NCBI GenBank assembly: GCA_951406725.2
Contig: OX597829.1
Location: 54,188,001 to 54,252,000, forward strand
Origin: Octopus vulgaris
Lineage: Eukaryota
Direction: 5' to 3'
Length of the DNA stretch: 64,000 nucleotides
The position numbers were made by a program, and so were the translations under genes. How positions within the stretch are numbered: position 1 is the stretch's first letter; every line of letters starts with the position of its first letter. The notes beneath the pieces are model-generated. The model searched no databases, was not told the origin of the DNA, and was given only the letters and a program-made list of their open reading frames with translations. Shown piece by piece: positions 1 to 13,500 of this stretch.

Positions 1-956
1 TCATGATTCCATAGTTCTAGTAGTGATTCAGCTATAAGAACAAGGTCATCAACATAGAGGAGCTCCCAGGGGTAGTCTGTCTTAAATTTCTCTGTTATTG
101 CCTGGAGGACTATGATGAACAAGAGAGGGCTGAGCACTGATCCTTGGTGAACCCCTAATTGTACCCTGAATTCTTCACTGTGCTGGTAGCATCCCTGTAC
201 ATGGCTTGTACAGCTTTCATCAACCACTTGTCTATCCCTAGTTTCCACATTGACCACCAGATAAGGGATCAGGGGACCCTGTCAAAGGCTTTCTCCTTGT
301 CAACAAAAGCCAAGTACAAAGGTTTATCTTTGGCTATGTATTTCTCCTGCAGCTGCCTTACCAGAAGTATATCATCAGTGGTGCTTTTCCCTGGCACAAG
401 ACCAAACTACTATCAACCTAATTTATTGGATATGACCTTCTCTGTAACTATCATCACTTGATCCAACAATTTCTTACCTCTGTAATTATTTACCTTTACC
501 CTTGTAGCAGTTGACTATGGTGCTGCTACACCAGTCATTGGGTACAACTCCTTCATGAACCACCTGATTTACAATATGGTTGACTAGGCCATAACCCACA
601 CTGCCAGATATCTTGAGCACCTCAGCAGTGATTCCTGGTGGGCCAGGGGCTTTCCCTGTCTTCATATCCTAAATTGCTTTATCCACCAGGGTACTGTCGA
701 TTTGGGCAGCTGGTCACTCAATTGGATCAACATTTGACAGACTTTCTTCCTCCCATTCATTCTCCATGTTTAGCATCTCCAAGCCTCTTTCTTTGCAGAA
801 TCATTAAATGCAAGTGCACCATTATCCATGCGGACACATTTCTCTCCTTTGACATCACAGTTTTCACACAGTCTTGCAATCCAAAACACTTCAATTCTTT
901 GATCTTCACATCACTGGACATAGGCAAACTTCTTCTTTTCTACTTCTCCCTTGGCT

Positions 957-1003
<47 letters not shown>

Positions 1004-1160
1004 TATACACTTGTCTCCTAGCTTCCTTTCTGGCTATCTGATATGGTTCCCTGCTGCCCCAACTTTTCCAGGCATTCCAGACCCGTTTCTTTGTTCTAAT
1101 GATCCTGTTTACAGCATCATTCCACCACGATGTCACCCTAGGCCAGGATGGGACTTAGCA
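1..1160 (-). mobile_element. Degraded RTE-clade LINE, RT region
   Basis: Minus-strand RQLQEKYIAKDKPLYLAFVDKEKAFDRVP and PWELLYVDD; interrupted by (TA)n at ~958-993. Confidence 0.85.
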
Positions 1161-1426
1161 AATATATGAATATATATACATGTATGCATACATATATACA
1201 TACATGTTTAGATGCATATTTTTTATTAGCAGTATTGGTTCAGAATTGCATTTTGTATATCTTAGTGTGAATATACTATAAAAAACCACAAAACTATAGT
1301 ATACCCACACAAGTATACCTGGACTTAATGCTGGTGACAGTAATTAATGACTGCTCTTAAAATTTAACTGAAACTAAAAGCATTTTTTAAATCCATTCTA
1401 AAATCAAATTTTTTTCTATTCTTCAG

Positions 1427-1532
1427 TTGATGAAAATGAATTGAGCAAAGAATTAAGGTCATATGGTTTTCCTCGTCCACATAAACATAAATTGGCCTGC
1501 TTACGTCAGGAATTAACAGAAGCATTTGTTGA
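1427..1532 (+). CDS. CLUH: CLUH exon w1 ([35 protein letters not shown])
   Basis: ttcag acceptor, gtaagt donor. Confidence 0.95.
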
Positions 1533-4500
1533 GTAAGTATATGTTAACTTTTAAAATCCCATAATGCTTTTCTCCAAATAAATTTTCTGTTTGAAACTAG
1601 AAATTTTGATGAAGTGCAGTTAGACCAGTATAAAACTCATAGAAATGTAACTATTGCATGAATTTGGATGAAATTTGCTGATATCATGTATTGGTTGCTG
1701 GAGAACATTGTGAATAGGATTTTTACCTGTTGCCATGTCATGTTCACCTGTCCTGATAGGTTTATTACAGGTAAATTGATGACATGTTGGTATTTTCAAT
1801 TATATTTATAAGATATCTGTTCCTGTTAATTGATTTCCTGTCTCGGAGTTGAATAAGACTTTTGTCATCTTGTGGCTATAGTAGCAGACACTTGCCCAAG
1901 GTGTCATGCAGTGGGACTGAACCTGGAAATATGTGATTGGGAAGTAAACTTCTTACCACACTGCTATGCTCGTGCTTCGTTATCTCCACTTTTATCAACT
2001 GCACAATCCTTTTACACTAACCAGTGTCTTGCAGTAGATTGTCTTTTCAGTCCTGTCCAACAATCCTGTGTATTTGTGTCCTGTAACTTCTGTGGTTAAT
2101 GGATCTATTTGGAAATTGGTTAGTACTTTTAGCACTGATATCATTAAAAAAAAAGGATGAGGTTCATTTTGTAAAGTGGAAGGGCATCCAACCAGAGAAG
2201 CCATTGGAGCATGAGGCAGTCCATGCACCCATCAGATCCTGTCAAACCATCCAACCCATGCCAACATGGAACATGGACATTAAATTATTATTATTATTAT
2301 TATTGAATGTAGTCATTCTGATTTTGTAGATATTGTAGACATTCCAGTTGTTTGCTTTTAAAAAAATATTTGAATGTCTATAATATTGATGATTTTATTT
2401 GTCTGATTGTATCTTGACATTTCAATCCTGTTTTCTTTGCATTATACAATTATTTCGACTCAGTCTAATTTATTGTTTCAACAAATGACTATCATTTTGT
2501 TGTAAACTAATTTGTTGTAAATATGGACACAATTGTTTAAGCCTTTAGCATTTAAACCATCCATACCGAGCCCAAATATTCTATTTGTTTTATGTTCAAA
2601 CTGGCCAGATCCAGCCTCTCACACCTACCCTCCAATGTTATTCTAAAAATAAACAATTGCATCATTGAAACCTCAAAGCTATGAGATAATGCAGGATTAA
2701 TTTAAAAGAACGTGGATAAATCGGCATTACATTTGACAGAATAATCTGAATGCTGAAGGATTAAACTGGCCATATTAAGTCCAAATATTCTACCTGTTTT
2801 ATGTTGAAACGGACCAGATTCAGTTTCTCATACTTACCCTTACAATGTCATTGTAAAATTTAACAAATTTTGAGGTTAAAAGAAAATGCATGATTAATTC
2901 AAAACAATGTGAATAAATAAGTATTACATTTTACTGAGTAATCTGATTGCTAAACAGTTAAGATATATTTAAGTAATTTTGTTGCGACAAATTCTTTAAT
3001 GGTCTTTGTATATTATTTCTCAGAAACAGACACATGATATTTGTGAGGAATGCAGCATTGGAATTCAAAGCAAAAAGAGAGAAAAGTGACAAACAGTCGG
3101 AAGATAAGAAACAGGTATCTTCTAAGATCTTATCAATTTTAAATAACTTTTTTTTTTTTTTTTCGAATTGGGGTTGATCTTTCAATATGTTAAGAATGAT
3201 GAATGACAGGAGTTAGAAAAGAGGACCAAAGAACAACAAGGGGAAGACAATGTAAATTATAAAGAAAGATATCTGACAATTAGGTGCAATATAGACATGT
3301 GATCTTTGGTTCAGCCCCACTGTGTGACACCTGAGGCAAGATTCTTCAAATATAGCTCCAGACTGATTAAAGCCTTGTAAGTGGATTGCCAATGCCGCCG
3401 AGACTGGCTTCCGTGCCGTCGGCACGTAAAAAGCACCAACCAATCATGGCCGTTGCCAGCCTCCTATGGCATCTGTGCCAGTGGCACGTAAAAAGCACCC
3501 ACTACACTCACGGAGTGGTTGGCATTAGGAAGGGCATCCAGCTGTAGGAACACTGCCAGATCAGACTGGACCCTGGTGCAGCCTCCTGACTTCTCAGACC
3601 CCGGTTGAACCATCCAACCCATGCTAGCATGGAAAACGGGCGTTAAACGATGATGATGATGATAACAGTAATGATAGATAGATAGATAGATATGGAGAGT
3701 TGGCTCCAGCAGTATAGAAACCAGAAAACAATGTTGATCACAAAATACTGTGGAACAAAGGTGTAGATTATGTTGATCAGTTTCAGATGGTTAAAATAAT
3801 AAATGATATTAGTGTCACATTAATATTCCTTCCTTTTTTGTCTTTTCTAGGCAAATTCTGTGATAAAAACTGATTCCATAACTGAAGAAAGTGCAACAGA
3901 TGTAGTGAAAAAAATTGTTGAAGCACTTAATGGCAATAATGAAACATGTAAGTGTTTTATGTATAAACAACATATTTTTACAGGAAGAAAAGAAAAAAAC
4001 AACATTAAAAGTATAAATTATTTGGGGGGGGGGCGTGGAAAGCCCATAAAAGTACCTCATCAAAGATACAAAGAAAAAGAAAAAAGGGAGCAGAAGATGG
4101 GGAAGGAGGGAGTAACAGGTTGTACACCCCAGAACAAATGGTGTGTTTAGTTGTGCCTAGCAGAGGTGCAGCAGACGTGATTGTAAAGGTGTTGCCATGG
4201 AGAACGGCCAGTGATAACCCACCTCAAGGGACTCATTTCTTAGGCTGGCTGCAGCTATCCCAATTTTGGAATGGAAATTGGCAAGTGTGAGGTCCAAGAA
4301 CATCTGAGGCACAAACTGGTAGCAGCCAGTCAAGCTCCTCTATTTGTTTATTTTTCTCTTCTCTGACTTTCTCAGGAATTTCTGGAACCACAGATGACAT
4401 TGGCTTACACTTATTGACTGATCCCCATACACTGCATTAATATTCGTTGCACTTTCCATTGTGTTGTTGCCTTTATTGAACTTACAAAGCAAAATATACC

Positions 4501-7500
4501 AAATATGCTCCTTTGTCACTTACGTTATAGCTTTAAAAAAATTACTGTTAAAATCGAACTGCACTCTTCAAAACTTGCACTAAGAATAAGTCAAAGGTAA
4601 AATTACTTCCTGCTTTTATAGCAAATTGATACAGGTAGTTTATCCTGTTCCCCTCCGACTTATAGTTCATGCAACTGAAAAAATCCACATTATTTGTGGG
4701 ATGACCAAATATGTGTGTGTGTTTGTCAGTGTATATATGTGTGTGTGTGTGTTTGTCAGTGTATATATGTGTGTGTGTGTGTGTGCATAATGTCAGGTTG
4801 CTCATAAGTGCTACTGGTAGTGTGTAGTCTAGTATGACCTGTTGTATGGTCAGTCTGTTGGCAACTAGGACTGGTGAAGAGTAACTCAGCAGGATGTTAA
4901 ACAATATCTGTCAAAAAGACAGATGTAACCATTGAAATGACAATGGCTATATAGTAATAGTGCAGGGACATCACCTTATTATATCAAAAATAATGTTTAT
5001 TTATCCACATTGGTTTGAATTAATCGTGCATTATCTCATAGCTTTGAGATTTTGATCAGGATCTGATGGGGAATGCTGGGGTTGGAGGAATCGGTGGAAT
5101 GGTTGGTAAGGGCAAATGGAGTGAAGTGGTATGGGTGTGTGTTGAGGAGGGTTATTGCATTTGAGGTAAATGGAGCACAAAAGCAAGGTAGACTGAGGAA
5201 AAGGTGGAGGATGAGATTGGGAGGGTTGGTTTGAAAAAGGAGGATGCCCAAAACCTGGCAAGATGGTGTGAGGGCAGTTGCTATGGCATTGAGGTAGATC
5301 TGGCCATTCCCTGTTAAAGGGAAGAAAGCCTGATTTAAAACACTGGGTGATGATAATGATAACTGTTAATTATTAGAATGATATTGTAGGATAGGTGTGA
5401 GAGGCTGGATCTGGCCAGTTTCAGCATAAAATGGGAAGAATATTTTGGCTGGTTTAAATGCTAAAGTGTCAAAATTTTAAGACCATTCAGTTTGAGGTCT
5501 TTCCAGCCATGCCAGGATACTGGAAGGAAAGTTGTTCTGTCTTAAAAGGTGAGTGCAGTTCTGTGTATGCTTTGGTCGCTGTTAATCACTGAGGGAAAAA
5601 AGAAGTCCATTGGTGATAAGTTGTGGAACTTAGAGGTTTGATTAACTGGAAGTATGTCATTGCAAACCTGCAAGAATGTGACTTGTGGTATTGGCCGTTT
5701 CTTTTCCAAACTATGGCAAAGGAAAGACTGAGTGACTGAGCAATCTTTTCCAAGGATAGCACAGCTCCCCTGTTTATCTACACCAACCTAGAAATTGCGA
5801 TCTAAATACAGTTTATCTAATTCTTTATCTTTCTGCAGATGCTTGACTTTATCCTTTTTTGCTTTTCATGACCAGGTTTTTAAATGTATTTTTATCATTA
5901 TTTTTTAGTTGTTGAAAATGGTAAAGAAATTATAAAGAAGGCTGCTAGCTCTGTTGGTTCATTGTCTGATTCAGGTATGGCCATTTATTGTAATTTTTGT
6001 CTACTTGTCTCGCTCTCTGCTTTTCTCTCTATCATCAGCTGAAACTGTTAAAAGAATTAAAATAATTGCCTTTGGTTGTTTTATACATTTGTTGACCCTT
6101 TAGCATTCAGGATTACTCAGTCAAATGTAATGTTTATTTGTTCACATTGTTTGCTATTTATCATGCATTATCTCGTAGCTTCAAGATTTTGATGATGCAG
6201 CTGCCTACTTTTAGAATAACATTGTAGGATAGGTGTAAAAGGCTGGATCTGGCTAGTTTGACATGAAATAGATGGAATATTTGAGCTGTATATGACCTGC
6301 TTTAAAAGTTAAAGGGCTGAAGTAAAATATATATGATAGGATTTGTTACTTCATTTGTAGAAGGAATATGATTGGGAACTGCGTTTGCTGCTGGATTACA
6401 GCTAATTAGTTATTAAATTTTAAACTAATTTTTAATTGTATTACAGTTAATGAGTTATTAAGTTTTAAACTAATTTTTAGTCTTCTTACATGCAAATATA
6501 GTCATTGAAACTGTTTAACCAGTGGAATCAGAGAAAAATAATGTTAGATAGCTTTGGTTGAGAAGAGACAAGATAATCTGAAATAGTATTTTGTTTCCAA
6601 TTATTAGTAACTAGCAGTATCGCCCGGCGTTGCTCAGGTTTGTAAGGGAAATAACTATAAAGCATCTTTAGAGAGTTATAGCCAAAAAATAGCAAAAAAA
6701 TGGAAAAAAAATGATGGTAAATTTTTTTTTGAGAGTAAAAAAGGTTGAGTTGCGTCCCCTAGACAGTCTGTGGTTTGTTTTTTTATTCTCGACCCCATGT
6801 CGAATTTATCGATTTTTTTCAGAACTGGGGGAACTTTTCAAAATTTTCGCTGCGTTAGTTTTGAATTATGACATTGGGCTATGCGTGTGTCAAGTTTCAT
6901 CAGAATCGGTTGAAAGCCGTGGTCAGGGTGAGGGTACGAGAAAACAGACACACAGAAACACGCACAGACAAACTGCCGTTTATATATAGAGAGATTTCTA
7001 ATATTGGTTCATTGATTTTCATTTTTTTCTAGAATTTTCAATTGCATTTAACCCAGATGTATTTCAACCCCACGTAAATCATACAGAAGCTGATGTAAGT
7101 TTGTTTTCTTCTCTTATTTTCAAAACTACTTTTAAGTATAACATGTTAGTGAGACTAACTTAGAGTAATAACATATAATGTGTGTGCGTGTGTGTAAAAT
7201 AAAGAAATTTAGTGAATTGACGATTCAGATGTTAAATTCTTGATATGATTGCTTCTTTTTAAATGATCTTAAAAATCTCTGAGCTCCAATTTGTGATGCT
7301 CTGCATATAACAAAGGACAGTATTGTCATCGGCGTATTGGAGTTCTTTTGTGTATGTGTTGGATGTTTAGATATTTTCTTTCTCTCCCCTATACCTTTTT
7401 CAGGACACATGCTTGTGTGAAATTTGTGGAGAAAACTGTATGGAAGCTGATCAAGTATTTATGCTTACGAATGTGTGTATGTGTGTCAGAGAGAGAGATT

Positions 7501-10500
7501 ATAAATGTCTATTGTCTTTGAATTGATAGTTTTCATATCCGGATGAGAATCATCATTATCGTTCAACGTCCGTTTTCCATGCTGGCATGGGTTGGACGGT
7601 TCGATTGGAGTCTGGCAAACCAGGACGCTGCATCAGGCCCAGTCTGATCTGGCTGTGCTTCTCCAGCTGGATGCCCTTCCTAACACCAACCACTCCGAGA
7701 GTGTAGTGGGTGCTTTTTGCGTACCACCGACAAAGAGGCCAGAGGAGCTGGCATCGACCATGATCGGATGGTGCTTTTTACATGCCATCGGCACAGAGGT
7801 CACAACTACAATTTCCATTTGATTTGATGTTGATGTCCTAGACTCAGTAGGTCTCCTCAAGCACGGCATGTCGCCCTACGATCTAAGGTACTTTTGAGTG
7901 GGCTGGTTATGCGACACTGGTGTAGGTTACAGCTGTGAACTCACTTTATTTGCCGGGTCTTCTCTGTCACAACATAACTCCAGAGGTCTGTCTTTTTTCA
8001 TTGCCTCTGTGAGGCCCAATGGTCGAAGGTCATGCTTCACCACCTCATCTCATGTCTTCCTGGGTCTCCCTCTACCCCTGATTCCTTCCACTGTTTGGGA
8101 GTGGCACTTCTTCACACAGATCTCCTTGTCCATCCGCAGTACATGACCATACCAGTGCAGATGTCTCACATTTCTAACATTTCTCTCAGGGCACTTACAC
8201 TCTACTGTGTATGCACACTGACATTATACATCCAGTGGATCATTGCTAGCTTCATTTCCTTCAAGCCTATGCATGTCCTCTGCAGTCACAGCCCATGTTT
8301 CACTGCCGTGAATCATGGCAGTTCGCACACATGCATCATACAATCTACCTTTCACTCTGAGTGAGAGACCCTTTGTCACCAGTAGGGGTAGAAGCTTTCT
8401 GAACTTTGCCAAGGCCATTTTTATTCAAGTGGTAACACTCTCTGAGCATCCCTCCCCCCACTACAGACTTGGTCACCTAGGTAGCAGAAGCTATCAACTA
8501 CTTCTAGTTTCTCCCCCTGGCATGTGATGGAGCCTGTTTTCTGCGCATCTGTGGTGTTTATTGCCCCTGTGTATCTGCTGCACCTCATATATGTCCACTG
8601 GGTACATCTTATGGAGTTTCTACCTACACCTTTTGTATTATATTATATTTAGTAATTTTATTCTGAAAGCTTGAATGATTTTAAAAGTTTTGTTTTCTTT
8701 GTAGACTCATCAATTAGAAAAAGAAAAACAATTAGTGAAAGATGCTGCAGAATTTCTTGTATTGCACCATATTCCTTCTTTTGTGAGTAATCGTCTATTG
8801 TTTTGTTGTAATATTATTGTAGATAGACTGTTAAGCTACAGGGATGTAAACACACCAACATTGGTTGTCAAATGACAGTGGGGGGGGGCAAACAGACACA
8901 TATACACTTATATATACACGATGGGCTTCTTTCTGTTTCCATCTACCAAATCAACTCACAAGGCTTTGGTCAGCTCGAGGCTATAATAGAAGACACTTGC
9001 TCAAGATACCATGCTGTGGGACTGAACATGGAACCATGTGGTTGGGAAGCAAGCTTCTTACCACACAGCCATGCCTGCACTTATATATATGTATGTATAT
9101 ATATATGTGTATGTGTATATGTATATGTATATAAAATAATAATAATAAAAAGTAACAACTAAAGAATGAGACCTCTATATTAGATAAATAAAGGATTATT
9201 TGTATATGTTATAATTTAGAACAAACAGTAAAAGGTTGTCATTATAGTACTCGGAGTTTCGAATGCTGAAGCAAAGAGCTACAATGCATTCTCATTGGCT
9301 ATTAATGGCAACAGACGCTATGAAAAACTGTTGAATAAAAGGGAAGTTACTCTAATAGATAGAAAAAGATAAAAAATACATGCAATCATATTCTCACAAT
9401 ACATAGACATAAACCCCCTGCGTTCACATCTGCATACGTACACATTCACACAAACATGTATATGTACATGCTCATACACAAATGCATGTATGTGTGTACT
9501 CATACATACATATCCACACATACATGCACAGATGTATATGCGTACACAGTTGCGTCTTCATATAAAGATAGGTGTTTATATGCATACATGTAAAATAATA
9601 CCAATATATTTAGACTTTAATACATATAAATATCTATATATATAGAAATTGGATGCATAGCATTAGTGTGCTTCAACAAAGGAGCACAATTGAGAGAAAG
9701 GCAGGGATATAAAAGAAATGAGACATAGCTGAGTTGATATTGTCTTATGATGCTTATGGAGGATGTCTGTTTGGTAAAATAGCTGGAAATCCAAGTGGAG
9801 GGCATGAAAAGAAGCAGTGAAAGGTGATTGCAGTAAAGGAAGAGATGTTAAGCTGGAGGAAACTCATGCAATTCTTTCAAGCATCAAATTATGTTGATAA
9901 TGCATAACTCACTGCATAATATTAATTAGCGCTTATCCACAGACATCCTGTCTCAGTATTTTAGTTAATTAGTATGTGAGAGGACATAGTATATGCTTGT
10001 AAATTTATTTAAACTCGTCCATAAGTACATTGTTTCATACACAGACACGGGGGGATGAGAGGACATAGTAAGTCAATAAGACAACTCGGATCTAGCAAAA
10101 ACCAAATGTATTTAATAAAACTTCGTGGACAAGTTCTCGATAATCTTTCTTCTAAGATTATTCTGTGAGTCCACCTTCAGCTGCGACGATTGTTTCAATG
10201 CAGAACCAGAATAGTTGACAAACCTACACTAAATAGCTTTTTTTCACACCTGGATAATGACAGCCTTCAGGGGAGCTATGGTATTGTGATGATGTTGATT
10301 AGTCTCCCTTCAAAAAACACTCCAAACGTAGTAGTCCAAGTTTGGTGTTGGATTGTCATAAAAATTCTAAGATCCTGTGGAAAGATGAGAATTGGCATGA
10401 TATGACCTTCTTTACTCACCATTCCTAAAGCCATCAGAAGCATCTGTACATAGCCATCTCTCATTTCTCTCGTTAGATTTCGGGTCTTGGTTGAAGAGTT

Positions 10501-13500
10501 TTTCCCATCAGAGAACCAAAGCAGGCCATGTTTGTGAGGGGTTTTAAACCTTGTTAAGCAACTGCTTGGCAGGGATCAAATGGGTTTCTGTGTCTTTGCG
10601 GAATTGGTCCCTCCTCAATACAAACGACTTGTATTGAATGTCTTTATGCACAATAATTCTGATACCAGAAGTTCTATGGTGATGGCCCTTATTGATATTC
10701 TGGGATCCATATCAATAAGGTTGGATGAGTTGCTGTTTCCTGATAGTTCTTTGAGAATGAAGTATATCAAAGAGTGGGAGGTAAAACCCCTAAACATTCT
10801 CACGAGAGGCTTCCAATTCCATCTGAACTTTGTAAACCAAAGATCTTGCAACATATAAAATGTTGTCAATTTTCTAAATTGTTGTTTCCCCACACACACA
10901 TGGCAATAATGACTTTCGTTTCTTGTACTTTGTCTGCCATAGGGAAATCCTTTTAATTGGTTTGAAGAGAGTAATGTACTGAGAATTGTCCACAAATACC
11001 ACCTATACCCTGCATATATATGTATGTGTTTGTGTATCTATAAGGGGATGCTGAGAAGTTCCTGTTTTTGGGTAAAAGAAAATACAGGATCACTTATGAT
11101 TTTATTCAACATATTCCCTCCTCAGATTCACCTACTTATTGCTGTAGTTCTTCAGTTTTTCTAAGCTCTGTGAAAGAACTTGGAAGGTTGGGCCTCCAAC
11201 CAGGCCTTTTGTGGTACCCTTAAAGCGAGGTATTTTTCAGCACCACCTCGTGTATGTATATACATTCATACAGACAGATATTGACTTCATTCCATTCATT
11301 TATTTTTCAGGTAAATGATTGTCTGGACCACACTACATCAATTATTGATGGAACCTCTTTAACAGATGCTATGCACCATCGGTATGTACCAGTTTTCTTT
11401 ATTACTTTATTGTATTATCACTGTAACTCTCAACATTCCACTCTTATTTTGCTTGATTTTTATTTTTCCATGTTTCAATGCAATTAGGTCTTTGCACCTT
11501 TGGAATTTACTTCAGTATATACTTTTGCACCTGTGAAGAAATAATCAGATCATCATCAGTTGGTGATATTTGGGTCATTAGTCCAGCTCATTTGGTTGAA
11601 TGGTGGAAGTTGTAGGCTATTGGCATAAGTCAGAAATTAAAATGATGAAAAGCTGGGGGTTTTTTTGTTGTTGTTGTAGGGGAGCTGCATGGCTACCCAC
11701 ATATAGGGGAGGGAGTGAGAAATGAATCAGTAGTAGTTGGAGAAAGACAAAAAGTGGTGATGAGGTGTGTAGGGGCACCATTTAAAGAATTGTTCTTCCT
11801 TTCTTTAACCATATTTTAAAACTTGTTTTCATCTTGACACAAGTCATTTAGTTTAAATGATAAAATCTTGTAAACACTGATGGATAAAACGTTTTTGTAT
11901 GATTTAAATTTTTCACTTTGTTTTACAGAGGAATTAATATACGATACCTGGGATGTGTAGCTGATACAATTTCTAAATGTCCTCAAATATCTTACCTGTA
12001 TGTGAGTATCAAAAGTACTTATAATCTTAATATCAATAATATTGATTTAAAAACATCCTAATTATTTCTTTCTTATTCTGGAAACACTTCGATCTTAATT
12101 ACTATCTTCAAAAACAAAATAAACAGTAAACAAACACTTTTCTAATATCTATCAAATAAGGCAGTGAGCTGGCAGGATTGTAACTGTGCTGCAAAAAATC
12201 CCAGTCTAATACTGGGGTTGATGTAATCAACTTGCCCCGATCCAGAAATTGCCAGCCTTGCACCAAAATTTGAGAAAAAATATTTATTTCAGCCCAAAAG
12301 CTGAGGCCATGCTGGGGCAAACTACTTTTTGTTTTTAATTTGATATTTTTCATTTTTATTAGTATTGACAGTAAAATAATGCTTTGGAAAATTTAGTTTT
12401 GTGATTCAGCTTTGTTCGGTTTCTATCTAAACCAATATTTTATATTTAGAGTTTTTGTTTTTACTTTCCACAAATAAAAAGAACAATGACTATTCCTATT
12501 GTGTTCCATAAACTTACTTTATCACTTTCATTTTGAAATTCTTAACGGAGTATTTTAATCAATTTTACAGACAATTGCTGTTGCAGAATTGGTATGTTTG
12601 TCTGCAAAACACACTTTCAAGGCATATATGCAAGGAGTTGCTCAGATGCATTTGTCATCATCTCTTAGCCATTTTCTTAATTGTTTTCTTGGATCCTTCC
12701 AATCACCTAATGCACAAGTAGCAATTGAAGATGTGAGTAAAACAATTCTGTTCTTTTCATCAGAAATTAATACAATCTTTTTAAGCTTTATTACTTCTAT
12801 ATTGTAATCCAAATTAAAATTATAATTTTGAAAAAAATCAAAATAGTTTTAACTAATAATCAGTACATTGTCAAATGATAATCTAGGAAATATGAACATC
12901 TTTCTTGAGAAATACAACCCTAACAAGAAAACCACTTCGTATTCACTAATCTAAGTTTAACTTAATTGCTCTGTTATTTGCTCATTAAACCTATTCGGTC
13001 TATATTGTTTCCATTTGAAAACTAAATATGTAAATTAAGCCATTAATGTTAAATAACTTGGAATTACAATACATTTAGATGAATTACCTTAAATTCTTGA
13101 CCATATTACTGATTGCTTATTATAGGTGGATGATTCTTAATATTAATTCTTTTAGTTCCTGTTAGTCAGTTATAACTTTCAATTTAATTTTGTGAACCGG
13201 TTTTAGTTAAACTGTGAAGGCATGTAGCCTAGTGGTTTGGGTGTTGTGCTTGTGATTGCAAGACCATGGGTTCAATTCCTGGACTGGGTGCTGTGTTGTG
13301 TTCTTGAGCAAAACACTTCATTTCACATTGCTCCAGTCCAATCAGCTGTAGATAAGTAACCCTGTAATGGACAGGCTAGTATGTTGTTATCTTGGTCAGT
13401 TATATGCCATGGAAACTGGGTATTTGGCCCTACAAGTTCTTGGACTCAAGTCAGCAATGCCCAAGGGACTAAACATTACATCTAGTTAAATCAATATATT

